A stretch of 64,000 nucleotides of DNA from Phoronis australis. Its lineage: Eukaryota > Animalia > Phoronida. This document shows positions 62,804 through 64,000 of this stretch, one piece after another; positions within the stretch are counted from its first letter, which is position 1, and each line of letters starts with the position of its first letter. A program made the translations under genes and the position numbers. The notes below the pieces were generated by a model. It was not told the DNA's origin and did no database searches. It was given only the letters and a program-made list of their open reading frames with translations. The stretch spans positions 227,546 to 291,545 of the forward strand of contig NMRA01000319.1 in the NCBI GenBank assembly GCA_002633005.1, read 5' to 3'.

Positions 62804-63229
62804 AATCTCAAAACTTTGCTGTTACGAGATAGAGCACTTTTCTAGTCTTGCACGTTGCGCGGTGACAAGTCTTCAACTGGAACATCAAGTTTTATCACAT
62901 TTTCTTTTTTCTGCAATTTCTTTTTAATCTATAGTCTTTGTTCCATAGCAGAAACATTTATAAGCCTGTTAGGACATCTGTTATAGTTTGGCCGAGTACT
63001 GATCATGTCCTAGGTATATATCTTTCCTGAAAATCCACCAGTGTCCCTTTTGTCTTCTCTCTGGCATGCATCTCGTCGAGTGAATGACCCTAATTTTCCC
63101 TGTTCACTAACTTTAACATTTTGATGATTTTTAAAGTAATTTTGACTGCAAAAACTTAGGTGAAGTTGCACCATCGCCACTATTTCAAGCAATTGAATTG
63201 GATGATACATTAACAGTACGTAGAAATTT

Positions 63230-63430
63230 ATGCCAAATGACGTCGTATGGAGGTCGGGAGATCCGTGCGACGGTCGTAAGCGCGTCGCATGGTTATCGCG
63301 TATGGGACGCTATCATTGTTTTCCTTTGTTGCGTGTTAGTTGGATATAACAATACAGGTCGCACGGATATCGTACCTTGGGTGCACATTAGCCGTTTTCG
63401 GATAAATGCTTACCATTATTTTTATTGTAA
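63230..63430 (+). repeat. Dispersed repeat A, copy 2
   Basis: Collinear blocks shared with 21486-21705. Confidence 0.75.
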
Positions 63431-64000
63431 AATAGAAACACAAAGTGAATAATTGATACGCCTATCTACAAATAGATATGCGACGAGTTTGCGACCTAGT
63501 TCCCCATGGTGCAAAAGTGGTTGTTTTTTTCCAGGAAGCTATTTAAATATGGTTTTATTTTTAAGAAAATTAATGAGGTGTCCAGGTTTTATATCAACGT
63601 GGTGACGTGTCTTAGCCATGGCACAGACACGTTGCGTCAGAGACAATGTAAATTGTTAAACAAAACACCAACAGCTGGCGCTGTAGGTCAGGCACTGGAG
63701 AAACGTGCAGTGGGTTGTGCTGGGTGATTCGCGACTAATTATTTAAGCTGAAGGCAGTTCATCGTCTCTTTTCTATAAATTATGCAGTTGAACGCATATT
63801 GAAGTAGCAATGTCCACGCAGACCAGATCCAATAGAATTTTGGGGTATTCTGATTGGCTTCTGGGGCATGACAGAATGATTAATGCGCATTGCTCGTGTC
63901 AGTTTTAATTGTGCGATACGTGTTTTATCCAGGTTTTTACGGACATCGGTGCGACTCTGTTGACGTGTGCAGGGTTGAATCACCATGTCAAAATGGCGCC

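Overview
AT-rich, intron-containing animal DNA, probably a marine invertebrate (inferred from repeat style; not provable here). Most ORF-track entries are noise. (1) 57-13768, + strand: the last 13 coding exons of a CFAP92/KIAA1257(FLJ43738)-like gene. All junctions are GT-AG and phase-consistent, giving about 880 codons; the 3' UTR probably runs to about 16.4 kb. (2) About 16.5-53.7 kb: no supported host coding exon, but many MITEs and foldbacks, minisatellites, a LINE 3' remnant, and a TTAA-flanked Kolobok-type element (52085-53050) that keeps only the decayed 5' ends of two convergent ORFs (THAP and probable KolX) behind a shared inverted motif. (3) 53791-61619, + strand, no 3' end found in the window: a secreted or cell-surface mosaic protein, signal peptide - 2 atypical cadherin repeats - FN3 - at least 6 EGF, built from phase-1 exons. 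Two copies of a tRNA-derived SINE lie in introns, one in each gene. All family assignments come from motif recognition, not database searches.
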